Assembly (NCBI RefSeq): GCF_046119375.1
Contig: NW_027362772.1
Coordinates: 252,712,001-252,776,000, forward strand
Length of the DNA: 64,000 nt
DNA from: Phyllobates terribilis
Lineage: Eukaryota
Direction of reading: 5' to 3'
Shown: positions 48,501 to 59,951 of the stretch, in pieces
Position numbering within the stretch: position 1 is the first letter of the stretch
Layout: each line of letters starts with the position of its first letter
Position numbers and translations under genes: made by a program
The notes under the pieces: generated by a model
What the model was told of the DNA's origin: nothing
What the model saw: only the letters and a program-made list of their open reading frames with translations
The model's database searches: none

Positions 48501-48534
48501 TGATTACCCCAGCCTCCTTCATGTCTCTAAGCAT
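45502..48534 (-). CDS. pol: RT, RNase H, integrase
   Basis: CVDYRKIN, LDLTSGYWQ, YLDD, LYTDAS, LEFLA, YTHNNP (D to H), H..HF..C..C, LDH/TDQG/CEKMN; open for 1010 codons. Confidence 0.93.
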   Translation of the reverse strand: MLRDMKEAGVIKDSCSPWAAPLVLVKKKDNTMRMCVDYRKINRITHKDAYPLPRIEESLAALKSANFFSTLDLTSGYWQVPVAEADREKTAFTTPMGLSEFTCMPFGLCNAPGTFQRLMECCLGHRNFETVLLYLDDVIVYSKTYEDHLKHLAEVFEALASYGLKVKPSKCHLLKPKVQYLGHVVSADGVAPDPDKITAIKEWPSPSSVKEVRQFLGLVGYYRRFIPGFTRKAAPMQDLLIGQSRKAKNQKPPFRWEKLEEESFRQLKMALTGDEILAYPDYSQPFILYTDASNIGLGAVLSQIQQGKERVIAYASRKLRPTERNPENYSSFKLEFLAVVWAVTERFKHYLASSRFTVYTHNNPLTHLDTARLGALEQRWMARLSNYEFTIKYRAGRSNTNADALSRMPNLPDVGEDSEGLEEVELPAFHRHGTIQYSHRVRSKSATFNPLPHYNWAETQDSDPAVRLVKEMLTRPDARLDPDAPEEAKQLWAEKSRLFLYKGKLCRRMVNSRTHELIWQVVVPRRDAAMVMEAYHDGAGHFGWKKLEFLLRGRFHWVGMRGTIERWCRDCGPCNLRRKDRASQKTPLQSIVTRQPLELVALDHVKLTPSRSGYVYALTIVDHYSRFLVVVPVNDLTARTAARAFQQHFCRPHGYPDQVLTDQGPAFEAEIFQEFCTLYGCRKIRTTPYHPQTNGLCEKMNQVVIDLLKTLPLEERSLWPERLPDLVDLYNHIPVGSTNCTPAYLMRARPGKLPVDLEMGVLTPEDTSPEADWDTERQQQYRKVQESVERSLCQARERQEKTYNQYAPAVPLVPGEQVLKRKRRLHKLDDQWEKDPYTVLPSSHDNPKVCTISKDGGETTTIVSRDHLKKCPEQLRNPEEEQEDPRPVEEGKDMVSTVLGDFPRSWTQVNGAVVVPVLTFLQPESQVLTEQPVELEEQPVQEAEDSTQADQEDQPSAYSEPAIPLVSQRVRRRLPSLPLTAPIPCSSGPVSQLRRSTRVTRGQLPVRWRI

Positions 48535-48551
48535 CCCCTTGGCGTGTTTGG

Positions 48552-49637
48552 CTAGTGCGCAGGGGGTACGGGTCGATACCTCTCTTTTATGGGAGCATGG
48601 TCTCCCGTGGGGATGTGGTGTTCCACCCCCTTGACTCGCCCGAAGTCTAACGGGTGTTTACTAAACACTCTCTCGTACTCTTGAACCACCCGATAGACTC
48701 CCTGTTTCTGATGGGAGGGAGTGGAGTCAGTACCCAAATGTAGTTGCTGACACCAATCCTCCATTATTTTCTTAGAGCCGTTACCTTCCTCCGGGTGAGA
48801 TGGAGGCAAGGGTTCCACAGACTGTATAGAATTTTGGTTGATGGTGTATAATTTGGCTAGCGTGGCATACCGGGGTAGGTACACTTCCCTCTTCCCGATA
48901 TTTATTATGCGAACGGGCACCCTCCCATGGCGTACATCAACCACCCCCCGGGCTGTCAAAATGGTGGGCCTACTGTCTGAATAGGCTGGTTCTACCATTG
49001 CTTGGTAATCTCTACCTCTCAGACCAATAGCTGCCCGACACCAAATCATCATTTCACTTTTCGGGGGCATGGCAATAGGGAAAGGGTCACACATTCTTAC
49101 GCTACCAATCTCACCGCCGGAGAGTTCCACCTGTTGCCGTCGCATCAGTGCCCGGATCTCTTTCTGGAGCACTCGCTGCTGGCCGGAGCTGGCGTTCTTG
49201 GCAACCTGCTGTAAAATGAAAATCACCTCTGCAAGACAATTTTCAATCACATTAGTTCCTAGAGTTATCTTTGGGTGACTCTCACGCTTGTCAATGTCTA
49301 CAATGATCAGTCCCTGTGCTGCCAGTTCGACTCTACCGATTTTAATGGTCATCTCCTTAAATCCGATCTGCGGCACGGGTTGACCATTGCTGGCGATGAT
49401 ACTCAAGTCGTCGTCAGGGTAGCGGGTTATATCCGAGTCATTCCAGTACTGCTTGAAGAGCACGTACGGGATGGTGGTGACCTGTGACCCGGTGTCAAGT
49501 AGGGCACTCATAGGAATGCCATCCAGTACCACAGGCAAGACTGGACGTCCTCCCACATATCTGTCGCGCCAGCTCGATGGGCCTGGTGATCTTTTTCCTG
49601 GGGGTTGGCCCTCTACCCCAGGTTGTGCCAGTTTAAA
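48552..49637 (-). CDS. Aspartic protease and linker, entered by -1 frameshift from gag
   Basis: ALLDTGSQVT; frame continues from the TTTAAAC site; stops at TAG 48552-54 out of frame with RT. Confidence 0.85.
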   Translation of the reverse strand, partial: FKLAQPGVEGQPPGKRSPGPSSWRDRYVGGRPVLPVVLDGIPMSALLDTGSQVTTIPYVLFKQYWNDSDITRYPDDDLSIIASNGQPVPQIGFKEMTIKIGRVELAAQGLIIVDIDKRESHPKITLGTNVIENCLAEVIFILQQVAKNASSGQQRVLQKEIRALMRRQQVELSGGEIGSVRMCDPFPIAMPPKSEMMIWCRAAIGLRGRDYQAMVEPAYSDSRPTILTARGVVDVRHGRVPVRIINIGKREVYLPRYATLAKLYTINQNSIQSVEPLPPSHPEEGNGSKKIMEDWCQQLHLGTDSTPSHQKQGVYRVVQEYERVFSKHPLDFGRVKGVEHHIPTGDHAPIKERYRPVPPAH

Positions 49638-50644
49638 GGACAGTACCTTGCCATATGTCCGGGTTGATTGCAGCGGCGGCAGATGGGTTGTCCGTCCTCG
49701 TTGTATCGGTCGCTGGGTCTTCCTCTGGCCGGTGGGGTCCTCCTTGGTCGATGCCACGGGATGTCCTCCGGTCCGTATGCCAGCTGGATCTTCCCTGGAG
49801 TGGAAACCTGTAAAGACTGCACAGTTCGGGTTAGCGCAGCAACGCTTTTAGCTAGCTCTTGGACCTGATGGTGCAGGTCTGGAGCCGGGTCATTGTTCAA
49901 AGCCTGCGCATCAGCCCCCACAGGCCCTGCCGACAAGGGCGCCGCCTCCTGGTGGTAAGTGATAGCTGGGCGCCTGTGGGTCACAACGCCACCCGGTGCC
50001 GGTTCTCGGAGCACCCGGATGGCTCTGTCCTTGAACTGTGCAAAGTCCAGATGAGGATCCTGTAAGGCTATGGCCCGCAACTGGGTTCGGTGGACATTGC
50101 AATATAGTCCCTCTATAAATTGTTCGGTCAACAGCCTGTCCTCGTTTCCCACGCTGTCGGGGTCGGTCTGCTTAATGGCTCTCAGGGCCTCTTGTAGGTT
50201 TAGTGCATAGTCCCTTATACTCTCATGTGCTCGCTGCTTGCACCCATAGAATTTAAGCTTAATCTCGGCTGAGGTGCGGGTATCAAAGGTGTCCCTCAGC
50301 CGGGTTAGTATCCCTGCGACAGTCCTCCTCCCAGGTGGCCAGGACTTTACCTCCCTTTGGGCTGCCCCGGTTAGTTGGGCCACCAGGATGCTCACTTTTT
50401 GCTCTTCTGTGAGGGGGTACACCTGGAAGAGGCTATCCAGCTTTTCTCTAAAGTCATTCAGGGTATGTGACTCCCCTGAGTATTGGGGTAGCCAGGCTGC
50501 TCCCGGGATATAGGGCATGGTGAAAGGCATGACTGCAGCAGCGCTGGCGCTGGCGGGGGTTGAGGCAGTGAAGCTCTCCTCCGTATCCGACATCTTCCTC
50601 CCCCCCAGTGGACCGTGGCCTACCTTGCGATGATCCTCTTCCAT
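49613..50644 (-). CDS. gag (capsid plus CCHC knuckle); start codon uncertain
   Basis: LPQYSG...QLTGAA capsid-like region; CRRCNQPGHMARYC. Confidence 0.9.
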   Translation of the reverse strand: MEEDHRKVGHGPLGGRKMSDTEESFTASTPASASAAAVMPFTMPYIPGAAWLPQYSGESHTLNDFREKLDSLFQVYPLTEEQKVSILVAQLTGAAQREVKSWPPGRRTVAGILTRLRDTFDTRTSAEIKLKFYGCKQRAHESIRDYALNLQEALRAIKQTDPDSVGNEDRLLTEQFIEGLYCNVHRTQLRAIALQDPHLDFAQFKDRAIRVLREPAPGGVVTHRRPAITYHQEAAPLSAGPVGADAQALNNDPAPDLHHQVQELAKSVAALTRTVQSLQVSTPGKIQLAYGPEDIPWHRPRRTPPARGRPSDRYNEDGQPICRRCNQPGHMARYCPLNWHNLG

Positions 50645-51010
50645 AGGCCGCGGCTCCGCAGTGGATCGTCAGGGTCGAGGACCTTCCGTCGCGCTCCTGT
50701 GACGTCGGCGTCTGCTGGGCTCCTTCCAGGACCTTACGCAACGTCCGGACGTGAGGCAGGGCTTCAGTTCTCGCGCGCCTTCGGAGTCCACGCCCCTCTT
50801 CTTCCCGCTCGGCGTCTTCAAGATGGCGTCCAACGGCGGGAAAACTCCATGGATGGCGGGAAGAAGGCAGAAGATGGCGCCGGATGGCGGGAAAACTTCG
50901 CGGATGGCGGGAAGAAGGCAAAAGATGGCGCCGGATGGCGGGAAACTTCACCACTGGTAAGTTTGAACAGTCTTTTTCAGGCACGCAGTACCCGGTGGTT
51001 GCGGGCACGA

Positions 51011-51029
51011 AATCCTGCCGACTACGCCA
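51011..51029 (-). promoter_or_regulatory. Primer-binding site complementary to tRNA-Ser 3' end
   Basis: Plus strand AATCCTGCCGACTACGCCA equals the last 19 nt of vertebrate tRNA-Ser(AGA/UGA) including CCA; 5 nt from the 5' LTR end. Confidence 0.92.
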
Positions 51030-52461
51030 AAAGTTGACGCGCCCCTGGGCCTTCTGTGTCGTGCGGCATCGCGTGCACGGGGGCTTACCCGGAGCCGGAT
51101 CAGATGGGGGTAGTAGTCTCGTGGCGGTGACCCGGTCCGTGCCCAGGGAGTCAAACTAAGTGGCGAGTCTATTAGCAGTAGATGTTGGATGACTACGCCA
51201 CCCGTTGAATGCAGCTTTGGAGCTGCCGCTGCAGGGCAGACCGCTGAGGCCGGTGGAAGGATGGTGCAGCGGGGATGGTATAACCCCCAACGGGAGGGGT
51301 ATGGCCTCAGGGCAGCCGACGTGGATGATGGAGGTAGCAGGAACCACTCAGAGACGATGCGTGTAGTTCAGGGTCTTTACTGGTGACAAAGATAGACCCT
51401 CCCGGAGTACTTGCTAGCGATCGGGGCCTGGTCAGTCCTTGAGCAGATGGGATCTCCCCTGGCCAGGCGGAGTTGTAGGCCTTCCCAGCTAACTGTACTC
51501 TTCTGGCTACCTTGTTAGAGGCGGGTAAAAGTAGCCCACGTCCCTGAGTGTACCGTGTGGTGCTCACCCGTATGGCCGGTGACTCGGGGCCTTCTAATGG
51601 CTTCCGCTCCACGATGGCGGTGCTGGTCCCACGCGTGTGACCGTGCCTTCGGGTTTCTGGGCCAGAGGACCTGCAATCCCCTGCCGGTCGGTTTCTGCTG
51701 CTGGGTAAGGATTAGTCCCCACAGCCTCGGACTCCGGGTCCGGTGATAACTTCTCAGTCAGGGCGAGCTCTGCAGCTGCCAGCCCCTGACTCCTTGTAGC
51801 ACTGCTCCCACAGAGCTCCTGTTGTTTCTTCCTATGCTGCTTCTCTTCTCTACTCTTGTTCTCTCTCTCTCAACCCTGCCTCAGCCCCAGGTTTATATAG
51901 GGGAAGTTCTTCCCCTCCCAGGACTGGGCAGGAGGTGTGGCATGCATAAGATCCCTGACCAAGAGACCTCCCACCTGCTCTCAGACATAATATTGCTATT
52001 ATTGTGGAGACCAGACCCCTGGGGTGCCACAAATACATGACGCAAATTTTTGCAAAAAGTTGTCTGCCTTGTAGGCACCTTTATTGACTCTTGTTTAACG
52101 TAGTCACTGTCCACTCCATTGCTGGGACACTTCTGTCCCTGGATAGGTTGACTGACTGTCATGACTTGTCTTTCGGCTCATTTTCCGTCGCCAACCATGA
52201 CCATTCCACCCTTATCAAAATGGTGTTACAAACCAGATTTACAAACATTTATGGAGGGGTTAAACTTTTCCTTCTTCTGAGTATTGCGGACTCTTCTTCA
52301 GTACTCTACATGCTCGTAATTCACACAGTCTCCTTTGGCCTTTTTTGTATCGCTCTGCCCACTTTAAAACACTTGATATGGAGCCACCACAATCTTGTCC
52401 TAAAATCCTGAGCCTGCCAAGGACGCATAGTGCCCCTTATGTCTCTTCAACTGCTCACTTA

Positions 52462-52743
52462 GGACCCCCATATACATTAGACTTGAGTCGACTGAACCCA
52501 CCGATATCAACAGGTTCGGCTAAAGGTCTAATGTGTATGGTGGCGCCAGCCAACTCATGGTCAGGAGAGATGTCAATCAGGCATGTCCAATTTCGGACTG
52601 TCGATTGCACTGCTCTCATTGAGATAAGCCGCCGACTGACGTGTTAGCCCATGTCTTTCTCATAGACGGCATAGGAGCACTCAACCGAATGAGTGCTCCT
52701 GTGTATGTGAGAGATGGACAAAATGGCTGTGTGTATGGCCAGC
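52462..52743. mobile_element. Harbinger-type MITE, same family as 34804-35112, opposite orientation
   Basis: TTA then GGACCCCCATATACATTAGAC; ends TGTGTATGGCCAGC; shared internal hairpin. Confidence 0.5.
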
Positions 52744-53264
52744 TTTAGACTACTCAGCTCAATTTTTTAACACCAGTTGATATTTCCGTATATCAACATA
52801 GAACAGAGCCAAGGTCATTCTTTGTAGCTCCGTATGGTGCCTCTTTATGGCACCAGATTACAATGATGTCTTCCATAATAGAGCATCTGATTGGACATGC
52901 CATGATGAGTCCAACAGAAAAACATTTTTATGAAATTGGAGACATTTGAAGATCCAGTATGTCATCATTTACTTCTATGGGTGGGGTATAATGGCTCTGG
53001 ACCGCAAGTTAAAAATCAGACAAGCCAACTTTTCAAAATAGCTTTCTGGTAGGAGGTTGATTGTGGTGTACAAAGTGTGCGGGCAATTTTCATTTGGATT
53101 TCCATACACCTTTAGGGCAGGCCCCACCCCATCCACACCCATACTACCGCCTGAATATGTCTTTGGATGATGGAAAAAGATTGGGGGGAGATCTGCTTTC
53201 TGGGGGGCTCCTGTTGCCACAATGATATATGCCAACTGGGAGATCTCCCTTTTTTCTACAAGTG

Positions 53265-53545
53265 TAAAAGTGGGTAAAAAGTGGGTTAGTATGGTGTATA
53301 GAATAAACATTTTAGTGGAAGGATCTACAGACTTATTGGTAGAATTTCATCAAGTCTTTTCATAAAGGATTCTTTAATATCCTTTCATAATGTTGAAGAA
53401 TTTTCATGACTTTTCTTAGCTCCCATTGACTCTGAGAGTAACCTCTTTGAATCTGAACCGAAAAACTTAATCGTTAATCCATAATTTTAGCTTTTTATCA
53501 ACATATTTGGAATAGTCTCTCATTTCCGACCCTACAACAGATGAA
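53265..53545 (-). pseudogene. Degenerate Penelope-like RT fragment, copy A
   Basis: Similar to 61994-62270; translation with stops contains PY*PTFY, resembling the PLE RT PTFY.LPKIHK region. Confidence 0.35.
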
Positions 53546-54285
53546 GCTCTCACAAAGTTTTGGCTTTCTTACAAGGATGTTACAAAGAAGTCTTTGATTA
53601 AAATGCTATATGATATTATAAATACATTTTTGGGGCATATTGGGCAGAACAAAAGCTAAAGAACTCGATGACTGCAAATTTCTGTATGTCTTTAAACACA
53701 TACCAAAAGTACATCAGGAAGAACCTTGGGATTCTCCCAATCTGTGATGTACAGAGGAAAAAAAGGGGAGGCCATAACAAATGTCAAACTCACTATTATG
53801 GTGCTGGGACTTGCCACCCAGAAGAAACGGAACTGGTGTACATTTCACCTTCCATGCTCCTTCACATTTTAAACCCTCTTGTTTGCTAATCATGGATTTT
53901 TTTGTTTAGGGCAGTCCTGCATAAGTATTTGCCATCTATCAGAAATTAATGGCTGGACCCACTTATTCCAATTGCCCTATAAAAGCCATAGGAGCTACCT
54001 GTATGGCATATGCTACCCTGCTCTCATTACTAGGATCCAAGTTCCCACTCATTGGGAATGAGTGGAGTTGTTTGGCTGCACCTGACCGGTGTCACTCAAG
54101 TAAGGTCCATGAGACTAGTCGTGGTTGCGTAGATCTTTTTCAGATAGAACAGTGCTGCTATTCTTTCTATTAACTCTACCAAAGCTATCAGCAAAGGCTC
54201 TGGCGGCAGTGTGACCAGAGACCTATATTGACACTATGTAAAAGGACTTAATGGTCAGAAGGAATAGAAGGAATAAGGCGAAGAG

Positions 54286-57200
54286 TAGTGTTGAGCCACC
54301 CCCGTAGTGTTCGGGTTCGGTTCGTCGAACACCGGGATGTTCGAGGAACTGTTCGTCGAACTGTTCGTCGAACACCTTAGAACACCGTCGAACACCGTTA
54401 AAACCAATGGCAGGCAAACAAAAACACATAGAAACACATAGAAAACACCTGCAAAGGTGTCCAAAAGCTGACAAACTGCTCAGAAGACACTCTCTTTAAA
54501 AAAGCCGGCCGGCAAATTCAGCAGCGGGAATAGAGTATCACACATAGATTAGATAGATAGAAACATGTCAGTCACACATATAAGAAGCACAGTGACAGTG
54601 TTGGTTACTGCACTTGTCATTTAGTGTAAAGGATTTATTAAAAAAAATATTAGTGTTTTCATGCACCGTCTCTTTAAAAAAGCCGGCCGGCAATTCAGCA
54701 TCTGTACCCGACAATTTAGAACAGAAAGAATAGAGCTTCACACATAGATTAGATAGATAGAAACATGTCAGTCACATATATAATAAGTACAGTGATAGTG
54801 TTGCTTACTGTACTTGTCATTTAGTGTAAAGGATTTATTTAAAAAAATAATAGTGTTTTCATGCACTGTCTCTTTAAAAAAGCCGGCCGGCAATTCAGCA
54901 GCGGTACCCGACAATTTAGAACAGAAAGATAGAGCATCACACATAGATTAGATAGATAGAAACATGTCAGTCACATATATATGAAGTACAGTGATAGTGT
55001 TGGTTACTGTACTTGTCATTTAGTATTAAAATAAAGGATTTATTATTAAAAAAATTGGCGTAGGGTTCCCCTTAATTTTAGGCTCTAGCGGAGGTTAAGC
55101 AGACGGCTGGGGCAGATGTTTGAAGCCTGGGAAGGGGGTAATACCCACGGAGCTTCCCAGGCTACTAATATCAGCCCCCAGCTGAATACATAGCCTTTAC
55201 TAGCTATTAAAATGGGGGACCCCCCCAAAAAAATGACGTGGGGTCCCCCCTAATTTAATAGCTAGCAAGGGCTAGGCAGACAGCTGGGGGCTGATATTAA
55301 TAGCCCAGGAAGGGAGCCATGAATATTGGCCCCCTCCCAGGCTAGAAACACCAGCCGTCAGCCGCCCCAGAAATGGCGCATTCATAGGATGCGCCAATTC
55401 TGGCACTTAGCCTCGCTCTTCCACGCTGCCCTGGTGCGGTGGCAGGGGGTAATAGGGTTGGGGTTGATGTCAGCTTATAATGCCAGCTGACATCAAGCCC
55501 AGGTTAGTAATGGAGAGGCGTCTATAAGACACCCCCATTACTAACCCCATAGTCAAAGTTAAAAAAAACACAAACACCCAGAATAAAGTCCTTTAATTGA
55601 AATAAAGACACAATCCTTTATTGTTCTAAATTAAACCATACTTACCATCACGCCCATTCCAGCTGAAGCCAACGATCTCCTGCAATAAAAGAAAAATAAC
55701 AAAGCAACCTCATCCTTACCTTTCCATGGTTCCCACGACAGCTTCAGCTCTGCTACATCGAGATGACAGGCTGGACCGCAGCAGAACGCTGCCATCCAGC
55801 CTGTCATCCCGCAGACACTGAGAAGCGCAGGCTTGCTTGCGCTGCTCAGCGTCTCTCTGTGACGACATCCAGATGAGCCGAGTTCATGTCCAATGAACTC
55901 GGCTCACCTCATGCACGTCACTGACAGCGTGGGAAAATTCTCACGCTGAAGCGCTGATTGCAGGAGAATTTTCCCACGCTGTCAGTGACGTGCAGGAGGT
56001 GAGCTGAGTTCATTGGACATGAGCTCACCTCATGCACATCACTGACAGCGTGGGAGAATTCTCCTGCACTCAGCACTTCAGCGTGAGAATTTTCCCACGC
56101 TGTCAGTGACGTGCATGAGGTGAGCCGAGTTCATTGGACATGACCTCGGCTCATCTGGATGCCGTCACAGCGAGACAGTGAGGAGCGCAAGCATGCCTGC
56201 GCTTCTCAGTGTCTGCGGGATGACAGACTGGATGGCAGCGTTCTGCTGCGGTCCAGCCAGTCATCTCGATGTAGCAGAGCTGAAGCTGTCGTGGGACCAT
56301 GGAAAGGTAAGGATGAGGTTGGTTTATTATTTTTCTTTTATTGCAGGAGATCGTTGGCTTCAGCTGGAATGGGTGTGATGGTAAGTATGGTTTAATTTAG
56401 AACAATAAAGAATTGTGTCTTTATTTCAATTAAAGGACTTTATTCTGGGTGTTGTGTTTTTTTTAAATACTTTACTAGAAATTCATGGCGGTCATGTCTA
56501 ATACTGGCGTGACCCCATGAATTTTGGGCTTGGGGCCAGCTGATAATACCAAGCTGGCCCTAACCCCTTTATTACCCAGTGAGCCACCGCACCAGGGCCC
56601 TGGATGAGTTGGGTACAGCGCCAGAAGATGGCGCTTCTATGAACGCGCCATTTTCCGGGGTGGCTGCGGACTGCAATTTGTAGCGGGGGGGGCCCAGAAA
56701 GCTTGGGCCTCCCTGCGCTGCAGATTCCAGCCCCCAGCTGCCTAGTTGTACCTGGCTGGACACAAAAATAGGGCGAAGCCCCACTTCAATTTTTTTTAAT
56801 TATTTCATGAAATTCATGAAATAATTAAGAAAAAAAGGGCTTCCCTATATTGTTGTGTCCGGCCAGGTACAAATAGGCAGCTGGTGGATGGGGGCAGCCC
56901 GTTCCTGCCTGCTGTACCTGGCTGGACACAAATATAGTGCGAAGCCCCACTTCAATTTTTTTAAATTATTTCAGGAAATTCATGAAATAATTTAAAAAAA
57001 ATTGACGTGGGGCTTCGCACTATATTTGTGTCCAGCCAGGTACAGCAGGCAGGAACGGGCTGCCCCCAACCACCAGCTGCCTATTTGTACCTGGCCGGAC
57101 ACAACAATATAGGGAAGCCCTTTTTTTCTTAATTATTTCATGAAATAATTTAAAGAAAATTGACGTGGGGCTTCGCCCTGTTTTTGTGTCCAGCCAGGTA

Positions 57201-59757
57201 CAACTAGGCAGCTGGGGGCTGGAATCCGCAGCGCAGGGAGGCCCAAGCTTTCTGGGCCACCGCCGCTGCAAATTGCAGTCCGCAGCCACCCCGGAAAATG
57301 GCGCGTTCATAGAAGCGCCATCTTCTGGCGCTGTACCCAACTCATCCAGGGCCCTGATGCGGTGGCTCACTGGGTAATAAAGGGGTTAGGGCCAGCTTGG
57401 CATTATCAGCTGGCCCTAAGCCCGAAATTCATGGGGTCACGCCAATATTAGACATGACCACCATGAATTTCTAGTAAAGTATTTAAAAAAAACACAACAC
57501 CCAGAAAAAAGTCCTTTAATTGAAATAAACACACAATTCTTTATTGTTCTAAATTAAACCATACTTACCATCACGCCCATTCCAGCTGAAGCCAACGATC
57601 TCCTGAAATAAAAGAAAAATAATAAAGCAACATCATCCTTACCTTTCCATGGTTCCCATGACAGCTTCAGCTCTGCTACATCGAGATGACAGGCTGGACC
57701 GCAGCAGAACGCTGCCATCCAGCCTGTCATCCCGCAGACACTGAGAAGCGCAGGCTTGCTTGCGCTCCACAGTGTCTCTCTGTGAGGGCATCCAGATGAG
57801 CCGAGTTAATGTCCAATGAACTCGGCTCACCTCATGCACGTCACTGACAGCGTGGGAAAATTCTCCTGCACTCAGCGCTTCAGCGTGGGAGAATTCTCAC
57901 ACTGAAGCGCTGAGTGCAGGAGAATTCTCCCACGCTGTCAGTGACGTGCAGGAGGTGAGCTGAGTTCATTGGACATGAGCTCACCTTATGCACGTCACTG
58001 ACAGCGTGGGAAAATTCTCCTGCACTCAGCGCTTCAGCGTGGGAGAATTCTTACGCTGAAGCGCTGAGTGCAGGAGAATTCTCCCACGCTGTCAGTGACG
58101 TGCAGGAGGTGAGCTGAGTTCATTGGACATGAGCTCACCTTATGCACGTCACTGACAGCGTGGGAGAATTCTCCTGCACTCACCGCTTCAGCGTGAGAAT
58201 TTTCCCACGCTGTCAGTGACGTGCATGAGGTGAGCCGAGTTCATTGGACATGAACTCGGCTCACCTGGATGTCGTCACAGAGAGACGCTGAGCAGCGCAA
58301 GCAAGCCTGCGCTTCTCAGTGTCTGCGGGATGAGAGGCTGGATGGCAGCGTTCTGCTGCGGTCCAGCCTGTCATCTCGATGTAGCAGAGCTGAAGCTGTC
58401 GTGGGAACCATGGAAAGGTAAGGATGAGGTTGCTTTATTATTTTTCTTTTATTGCAGGAGATCGTTGGCTTCAGCTGGAATGGGCGTGACGGTAAGTATG
58501 GTTTAATTTAGAACAATAAAGGATTGTGTCTTTATTTCAATTAAAGGACTTTATTCTGGGTGTTTGTGTTTTTTTTAACTTTGACTATGGGGTTAGTAAT
58601 GGGGGTGTCTTATAGACGCCTCTCCATTACTAACCTGGGCTTGATGTCAGCTGGCATTATAAGCTGACATCAACCCCAACCCTATTACCCCCTGCCACCG
58701 CACCAGGGCAGCGTGGAAGAGCGAGGCTAAGTGCCAGAATTGGCGCATCCTATGAATGCGCCATTTCTGGGGCGGCTGACGGCTGGTGTTTCTAGCCTGG
58801 GAGGGGGCCAATATTCATGGCTCCCTTCCTGGGCTATTAATATCAGCCCCCAGCTGTCTGCCTAGCCTTTGCTAGCTATTAAATTAGGGGGGACCCCACG
58901 TCATTTTTTTTGGGGGGTCCCCCATTTTAATAGCTAGTAAAGGCTATGTATTCAGCTGGGGGCTGATATTAGTAGCCTGGGAAGCTCCATGGGTATTACC
59001 CCCTTCCCAGGCTTCAAACATCTGCCCCAGCCGTCTGCTTAACCTCCGCTAGAGCCTAAAATTAAGGGGAACCCCACGCCAATTTTTTTTAATAATAAAT
59101 CCTTTATTTTAATACTAAATGACAAGTACAGTAACCAACACTATCACTGTATTTCATATATATGTGACTGACATGTTTCTATCTATCTAATCTATGTGTG
59201 AAGCTCTATTCTGTCTGTTATAAATTGTCGGGTACAGATGCTGAATTGCCGGCCGGCTTTTTTAAAGAGACGGTGCATGAAAACACTATTATTTTTTTTG
59301 ATAAATCCTTTACACTAAATGACAAGTACAGTAAGCAACACTGTCACTGTACTTCATAGATATGTGACTGACATGTTTCTATCTATCTAATCTATGTGTG
59401 AAGCTCTATTCTTTCGGTTCTAAATTGTCGGGTACAGGTGTATGCCGCTGCTGAATTGCCGGCTTTTCATGTTTCACTGTTGGCACTGTTCCCATCGATT
59501 TGGGCAATCACTGTAATGCCACAACCACCATGGCTGTGGCATTACAGTGAGTGGCAGACAATCCCTGCATGATTGGTGCTCTAAATAGCGCCAGACATGC
59601 AGGACACGCTTTTGGTGCACGAACAGTTATCAAACATAACCTCGAACAGCCGAATTTTTTGCAAATCGTTCGGGTTCGTCGAACAACTCGAACACCGCCC
59701 AAAACAGCTCGAATTTGAGATTGGCGAACAGTTCTAGTCGAACACCGCTCATCTCTA
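54286..59757. mobile_element. Non-autonomous hAT element, 5472 bp, palindromic interior
   Basis: 8-bp TSD GCGAAGAG (54278-85, 59758-65); TIRs TAGTGTTGAGC / GCTCATCTCTA; subterminal GTTCG/CGAAC repeats; no transposase ORF. Confidence 0.92.
54490..59466. repeat. Long inverted repeat with ~2.4-kb arms, centre about 56978, with nested sub-palindromes
   Basis: 55021-55560 mirrors 58570-59120; 56460-56970 mirrors 56983-57480; sub-palindromes at 55560-56465 and 57480-58580. Confidence 0.95.
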
Positions 59758-59951
59758 GCGAAGAGGAAGACCACCAACCCGATGGCTTGATACTATCAAG
59801 ATAAAGGAGATGAAGATCAAGTCGCCATGGCTAGTGATCGAGCAGAAGGCCGTTAAAAAAATAAAATAATAAATAGCAGTCTTATTAGAATTTTAATGTA
59901 TGGATCTGAATTTGGTCACTAGAGCTTTGTATTATTTTAACGTTGTACGTA

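Larger units (their letters stand above)
44146..52031 (-). mobile_element. Full-length young Ty3/Gypsy LTR retrotransposon, tRNA-Ser primed, no chromodomain
   Basis: LTRs 51035-52031 (5') and 44146-45140 (3'), about 4 substitutions plus one 2-bp indel; 4-bp TSD AATA (44142-45, 52032-35); PPT TAGGGGGGAA 45141-50. Confidence 0.98.

Noticed and set aside
51011-51029. tRNA-Ser sequence
   Set aside because: Only the 3' 19 nt with CCA; it is a PBS, not a tRNA gene
55900-58210. Regularly spaced palindromic units resembling a CRISPR array
   Set aside because: No unique spacers, eukaryotic context, and fully inside a hAT element
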